Shown here in pieces: positions 27,951 to 32,791 of a stretch of DNA of 32,791 nt (its first letter is position 1; every line of letters begins with the position of its first letter). The notes beneath the pieces are model-generated. The model was not told where the DNA came from, did no database searches, and saw only the letters and a program-made list of their open reading frames with translations. Source of the DNA: Polyangiales bacterium (GTDB lineage Bacteria; Myxococcota_A; Polyangia; Polyangiales; Houyiibacteriaceae). Position numbers and translations under genes: made by a program. The stretch is from assembly GCA_045106895.1 (NCBI GenBank), contig JBGCFM010000091.1, forward strand, positions 1 through 32,791, given 5' to 3'.

Positions 27951-29363
27951 CTAGAGTCGCCAGGTCGCGCCGACGGTCAGCCGGAACGAGTCGACGCTCG
28001 CGCCGCGATCGAATGTGTCCGTGCCCCACGCGAGAATGAAATTCACGATGTGGTCGATGTTGTTGACGGCGGAGAAGCCAAGGCCAAAGCCCATTCGTTG
28101 ATTGCCCATGGTCATGTTCTCGAAGCGGCCGTCGTAGGCGTTGCCCACACCAACGTGAAGAGTGGCGTTGAGCCAAACCCAGATAGGCCAGCTGTAGCGG
28201 GCGACGAGCGTCGCGGTGCTTTGCCCACGGAGAGTGTCCCGCCGAAAGCCCGGGAGCGCCTCGCTTCCGCCGACCTGGGGAAGCTCTGTAAAGGGCACTT
28301 CACCAGCCACCGCCTCGGTCCCCTGCACCGTCGCCGAGAGCGAGAGCACGCGGCGGTGGCCGATGTCGATATGGCCCGCCGCGTTGACCGCGTACGAGAG
28401 CCATTGGCGCTCGCTTGGAGTCTGCACATCGAAGGCATACCCACCCGCAACACGCAACTCGAAGCCTGAGGTGTTGCCCGTGCGTTGCCTCGAATTGAGG
28501 TCGAAAGAGACCTGAGTTTCCGAGATGAAGTAGCCTTCGAAGCCGGCAGGGTTGCTATCCAGTTCGCCTTCGTTGACGAAGTCAGCCACCGTCGGTCCAC
28601 GAAACGCGTCGTTGGAAAAACGAAGCTCGCGCAGCGCAAGGCGTGCCTCGATGACGCTCTCTCGCCAAGGGCGTGCCTCGAAGGACGCGAGGGCTTCGAG
28701 TCGGCGAAACTGGTAACGAGCGGTTCGGAGCCCTGGCCGCGCTGAGCCGCCGAGACCGCTGAAGAGACCGTCTGGCCGTCGCAGCGCAGACACTCTTAGT
28801 TCTCCTCGAAGATTGTCGTTCTCCCAGCGGCTCGTCAGTCGACCTTTGAGCCAGTGCTTTCCCCACGTTGCAAAGTGAAGACGCATCCGGTGGTTCTCAT
28901 GGCCTGCTTCGTTCCACCGTACGTAGATGCCCGCACTCGGTTGGTTGCCGAAGTCGGCCAGAAACGTAGGCACGATGGCGAGTCGTCCGTCTCCAAAAAC
29001 AAAGAAGCGCAGCGGGTCTTTGGACGAGCTCTCCCCCAGCGAAAACAAATAGCGCAGGGGGCGCCGAAGTACGTACTCGGTGACGAAGTACACTGGCGCC
29101 AGGAGGAGACGTGGGAGCCACAGCGCGCCTCGTGCTCCTTCGCCTTCTGGCTCTCGGCCGTCGTAGTTGGGCACCGCGCGGCGCGCGAGAACGATGGGTT
29201 CGGGGTCGAGTTCCGGTTCGCGGAGCTCGAAGGCAGCGTCTTCTTGCTCCTCCTCCTCGGCGATTTCGATTTGATCGCTGAGGGATTGCGCTTTCACGTC
29301 AGCGGCAAACAGGCTCAGGAGCGCGAGCGCGCACGTCCATCCCAGCCATTTTCCCCCAGTCAC
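27951..29363 (-). CDS. Omp85/BamA-TamA-like outer-membrane beta-barrel without obvious POTRA domains
   Basis: Signal peptide, amphipathic beta-strands, loop-6-like GGSEALPGF..DTLRG, terminal FRLTVGATWRL; GGGGAG RBS before GTG. Confidence 0.7.
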   Translation of the reverse strand: MTGGKWLGWTCALALLSLFAADVKAQSLSDQIEIAEEEEQEDAAFELREPELDPEPIVLARRAVPNYDGREPEGEGARGALWLPRLLLAPVYFVTEYVLRRPLRYLFSLGESSSKDPLRFFVFGDGRLAIVPTFLADFGNQPSAGIYVRWNEAGHENHRMRLHFATWGKHWLKGRLTSRWENDNLRGELRVSALRRPDGLFSGLGGSARPGLRTARYQFRRLEALASFEARPWRESVIEARLALRELRFSNDAFRGPTVADFVNEGELDSNPAGFEGYFISETQVSFDLNSRQRTGNTSGFELRVAGGYAFDVQTPSERQWLSYAVNAAGHIDIGHRRVLSLSATVQGTEAVAGEVPFTELPQVGGSEALPGFRRDTLRGQSTATLVARYSWPIWVWLNATLHVGVGNAYDGRFENMTMGNQRMGFGLGFSAVNNIDHIVNFILAWGTDTFDRGASVDSFRLTVGATWRL

Positions 29364-29443
29364 GCTGGCTCCCCTAGCACAAAGCTCGGCTCGGTTCCCG
29401 GGGTCATCGAGTCAACGTCGACACCCGGCCCCAATTCGTTCGT

Positions 29444-30499
29444 TCAGAGGAGGGCGAGGATCTTCCGCGTCAGCGTCGCGACACCAAGGGATTCCATCTC
29501 CGCATGCGCCACAGCCCTGAGACCGTCGCTCGCCTCGCCGCGCGCCGCTTTGGTCTGGAAGACGTCCACGAACATATGCCGGTGCGAGAGAACGTGCTCC
29601 ACCTCGCCGATGCTCTTCGGCGCGCGTCCGGTGATGCCGACCTGACGCAGCGCGCTCTTCGCGAGGGCGGCGCGACGAGCAGGCACTTCGTCGGCTTCTT
29701 CGATGGGCAACATGGGCACGCCCCAGAGTCCGCCAAAGAGCTTCTTGTCGCCACGCTGCAGCCAGATCTTGCCCTTCGCGGTGCCCACGGATGCGACGAG
29801 CCGAATCTTCTTTGGTTTCTTCTTCTTCTTTGGCACGGGAAAGGAATCCACATCACCCACCTGAAGAGCCTCGCAGCCCTTGGCGATGGGGCACGCGTCA
29901 CACTTGGGCGACGTCGGAGTGCAGATGAGCGCGCCGAGTTCCATCATGGACTGGTTGAGGTCACCGGGGCGCTTGCCTCGGACGAGGGCTTCGGCGTGGA
30001 CCCACAGGGCTTTGTTCGACGCCGTGCTTTGCAACGCGTGAGGAATGCGATGCACGCGCGAGAGCACGCGGGCGACATTGCCGTCGACGATGGCTTCTTC
30101 GCGATCGAATGCGATGGAGCCGATGGCGCCGGCGGTGTAGCGACCGACGCCGGGCAAGGAGAGTCGCTCTTCCGCTCCGCTCGGGACGCTGCCGCCATAG
30201 CGTGCGACAACGTCCTTCGCGCCAGCGTGGAGCATGCGCGCCCGGCGGTAATAGCCGAGGCCGCTCCAGTGGCTCATGACGGAATCCTCTTCCGCTTCGG
30301 CCAGCGCGGCGGGCGTTGGGAAGCTGGCGATGAAGCGCTCGTAGTATGGGATCACCGTGTCGACGCGGGTTTGCTGACACATGATCTCGCTGACCCACAC
30401 GCGATAGGGATCGCGCGTGCGTCGCCAAGGAAGGTCCCGATGACCCTTGTCATACCAGCGCAGAAGAGCGCGCCGGCGCGTCGAAATGGAAGAAGTCAG
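29444..30499 (-). CDS. mutY: A/G-specific adenine glycosylase MutY
   Basis: WY...RDLPWR..DPY.VWVSEIM.QQT, WSGLGYY, HhH motif LPGVGRYTA, VDGNV.RV, and [4Fe-4S] C-x6-C-x2-C-x5-C. The conserved N-terminus lies upstream of the first GTG (30400), so the start is placed tentatively at CTG 30499. Confidence 0.93.
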   Translation of the reverse strand: MTSSISTRRRALLRWYDKGHRDLPWRRTRDPYRVWVSEIMCQQTRVDTVIPYYERFIASFPTPAALAEAEEDSVMSHWSGLGYYRRARMLHAGAKDVVARYGGSVPSGAEERLSLPGVGRYTAGAIGSIAFDREEAIVDGNVARVLSRVHRIPHALQSTASNKALWVHAEALVRGKRPGDLNQSMMELGALICTPTSPKCDACPIAKGCEALQVGDVDSFPVPKKKKKPKKIRLVASVGTAKGKIWLQRGDKKLFGGLWGVPMLPIEEADEVPARRAALAKSALRQVGITGRAPKSIGEVEHVLSHRHMFVDVFQTKAARGEASDGLRAVAHAEMESLGVATLTRKILALL

Positions 30500-30525
30500 A
30501 AGAACCTGCCGAGGTGAGATGCTGC

Positions 30526-32790
30526 CTACTCGCTAGGCGATAGCGCCCGTGGCGCGAGCACGCTCATATTGTAGGGCTGACCCGCCGGATAGGCGATGGC
30601 GCCAAGGCCACGCACCGTCGAGGTGCTTCGCCAAGTGAGAGGAAGCGGGATGGTCTGACTGGTCTCCGCGGCCATGGGCGCAAGCTCCAAGCGGACGAAG
30701 CCGGGGCGTCGGCGTGTGGCGCGGAGGACAGCGCCGGAGGAAGCCAAAAGGCGAAGTGCCGCGTCGTCGGCGACAACACCCGCCGGCAGCTGCACTTCAA
30801 GGATCGGCCGAGAGACGGCGGCGCGGGCGGTGAGTTCAAGCTCAAATCCCGTGCGGCCATCGACGCGTCCGGTCTCGCCGTTCATGACGATCCCGAGCAG
30901 CGTGCCTTCCTGCTGCGCGAAGGCGCGGCCATAAACAGTCTCGACGCGGGCGAGGACGAGGTTGTCGTCCGGCTGCATACGTACACGTACCGAATCTCCT
31001 GCGCTTGCATCGACGGGGACCGCCGCGACGCCGGCGCTGAGGTCGACGTTCACATCGGCGCCGTCGATCTCCACGTTCGCCATGCTCGCGCCGCTTCCCA
31101 TAACGCCGTACGCGCCGGCGGCGAGCCACCAGAAGGTCGCCTCGGAGGTGTCGCGGGTCAGCGTGCTCATCTGTCGTGCGGCTCCGCGAAGCAGACGCCG
31201 TGCGCGCTCTGAATCGCCCACCTGGTGTGCAGCGATGGAGAGACTCAGCGTCGCAGAGAGCTCTTCGACGCTTCCCGGTCGCTCGGAGCTGCCGGGTACC
31301 GTTGCGAAGGAGTTGTCCTCTTGAATGCCGCCCACCGCGCGCTCGTACATGGCGCGACCGTGCCCGTCTTGAGGGTCCACGAGGAGGAGAGAAGCTGCCG
31401 CGCGGGCGAGCAAGGAGGATTCACCTGGGACATCACGAAGTGCCGTGCGCAGCTCACGCCGCCACTGGAGGAGCACCACCGAGATCGGGTCCGTCGGTGC
31501 GACCACTTCGCTCGGAACACCGGCGGTTGCCAGTGCCGCGAGAGACATCGCGATGGTTCGAAGGCGTGCTGCCTGTGGGTCACGGTCCGTGAACGCAGGT
31601 GCGTTTCGCAGACGACCTAGGAGCTGGGCGCGCTTGGCTGCGGCTCGAGTGTCCGGGCGACCTTCTTCGTCGAACACTGCGCTCAGTGCGACGACGCCGG
31701 TGGCGACGGAGAGGGGGTCGACGCCACCGTCACGAAGCAAGGCCGCGCGAAGGTCGCCTTCGACTGGGGCACCGGCGAGGGTTCGGCTCCAAGCGAGTAG
31801 GGCGGGATGTGAACGACGCGCTTCGGCGAGGTCGGGGTCAAGCGCCAAGGACGCGGAATTGACGAGCACGACTCGAGTGCTCGCTGCGTTCGCCTCCGAA
31901 GGCACGCTCAGGCGTGTGCGGAATGGGGCGACACCGGTCGCGACGCGACGCAGGGGGTGCAGTCCGCGGTCGACGGAAATACGCCGCTCCACGACGCGGC
32001 TGGCGCCGCCGCTACCGACGCTCATGGAGAGCGTGGCGCGACCGGCGGACTCCGCCTCGAGGATCATCTCGAAGGAGCGGGATTCGCCGGCGGGCACCTC
32101 AAGGCTTGCTGGTGCGCTGACCCGCAAGCTGCTCTCTGAAGAGTCCAGCGTGTACTGGGCGCTCTGTCGGCCGACGTTCGTGATGGAAAAAGGCACGGCG
32201 AAGGCTTCGCTGACACGAAGGCGTGCGGGAAGTCGAGCGCTCGTGAGAATCGAGCTTCCGGCTTGGACGGTGTCCGTATCGACATGCACATCGCCTCGTC
32301 CGTTTCGCGTCATTCGAACGACGCGCCACGTACGGGGCTCCGAGCCTACGTCGAGTGACGCGCTCTGGTTTCCTTCGCCACGGAGAACGACGGAAGGCAC
32401 CGTGAAGCGGGTACCAGGACGCCGGAGCGCCATCGCGAAGGTCTGCACCGGCAACCGACCAGGCAGCCCGGGCATCGATGAAGCCTGCGCGGAGGTCTCA
32501 CGGGGTGCCGGGACGCCGCCGAGGTTTTGACCGAAGGCACGCGCGATGGCCGTAGCAGATGCCCGGCCAAGTTCGACGCCGCCGAGACGCGCGACGAGGT
32601 CGCCTTCGCCGACGGCGTTGGCGTAGAGGCTCCCCTCGCGAAGCATGCGTGCTGTTGGGTCACGAATGTCATCGCCGGTTCCGAAGCGTCCGTCTGGACC
32701 AGCGCTGACGAGCTCAAAGCCTGCGACGGGCTGCACGCGCTGGAAGCGGGCGTTGCTCACGCGGCGGAGCGCGAAGGGGCGACCCCAACC
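30526..32790 (-). CDS. 3' part of a large alpha-2-macroglobulin-like protein with an embedded GspG-like domain (5' end outside the window)
   Basis: Frame is open to the window edge. GWGRPF...ELVSAGPDGRFGTGDDI is GspG-like. TWRVV...LPARLRVSE....F.ITNVG resembles A2M MG domains, followed by a helical region and a C-terminal beta domain. Confidence 0.6.
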   Translation of the reverse strand, partial: GWGRPFALRRVSNARFQRVQPVAGFELVSAGPDGRFGTGDDIRDPTARMLREGSLYANAVGEGDLVARLGGVELGRASATAIARAFGQNLGGVPAPRETSAQASSMPGLPGRLPVQTFAMALRRPGTRFTVPSVVLRGEGNQSASLDVGSEPRTWRVVRMTRNGRGDVHVDTDTVQAGSSILTSARLPARLRVSEAFAVPFSITNVGRQSAQYTLDSSESSLRVSAPASLEVPAGESRSFEMILEAESAGRATLSMSVGSGGASRVVERRISVDRGLHPLRRVATGVAPFRTRLSVPSEANAASTRVVLVNSASLALDPDLAEARRSHPALLAWSRTLAGAPVEGDLRAALLRDGGVDPLSVATGVVALSAVFDEEGRPDTRAAAKRAQLLGRLRNAPAFTDRDPQAARLRTIAMSLAALATAGVPSEVVAPTDPISVVLLQWRRELRTALRDVPGESSLLARAAASLLLVDPQDGHGRAMYERAVGGIQEDNSFATVPGSSERPGSVEELSATLSLSIAAHQVGDSERARRLLRGAARQMSTLTRDTSEATFWWLAAGAYGVMGSGASMANVEIDGADVNVDLSAGVAAVPVDASAGDSVRVRMQPDDNLVLARVETVYGRAFAQQEGTLLGIVMNGETGRVDGRTGFELELTARAAVSRPILEVQLPAGVVADDAALRLLASSGAVLRATRRRPGFVRLELAPMAAETSQTIPLPLTWRSTSTVRGLGAIAYPAGQPYNMSVLAPRALSPSE

Positions 32791-32791
32791 A

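Overview
GC-rich (about 65%) chromosomal window with no phage, IS transposase, CRISPR, rRNA or tRNA detected. The gene content points to Myxococcota, probably Sandaracinaceae/Polyangiales-like (inference from many Cys-rich lipoproteins, a MYXO-CTERM-like protease, an AgmX/PglI C-terminal domain and a sigma54-type promoter). Genes in order: TPR-SLT lytic transglycosylase; Cys-rich lipoprotein; membrane-anchored di-heme cytochrome c peroxidase fused to an ArfA/Rv0899-like BON-OmpA module; EthA-type Baeyer-Villiger monooxygenase; HD-like hypothetical; a helical lipoprotein and an RHH-Pro-rich-FHA gene, divergent from ftsK (which has an ~80-aa acidic linker); a small lipoprotein; a doubly disrupted TPR + lipoprotein operon (in-frame TAG, 1-nt frameshift); a serine hydrolase; a stand-alone PAS protein; an RND efflux operon whose TolC carries an ABC substrate-binding domain; a Cys-rich S1 protease; an AgmX/PglI-domain protein; DUF1877; an Omp85-like barrel; mutY lacking a canonical start codon; and the 3' part of an alpha-2-macroglobulin-like gene with a GspG-like domain. 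A ~110-bp palindromic intergenic repeat occurs in tandem at 52-285 and head-to-head at 7751-7870. The best candidates for undescribed biology are the CCP-BON-OmpA fusion and the lipoprotein/RHH-FHA module next to ftsK. All family calls come from motif recognition by eye; no database search was run.
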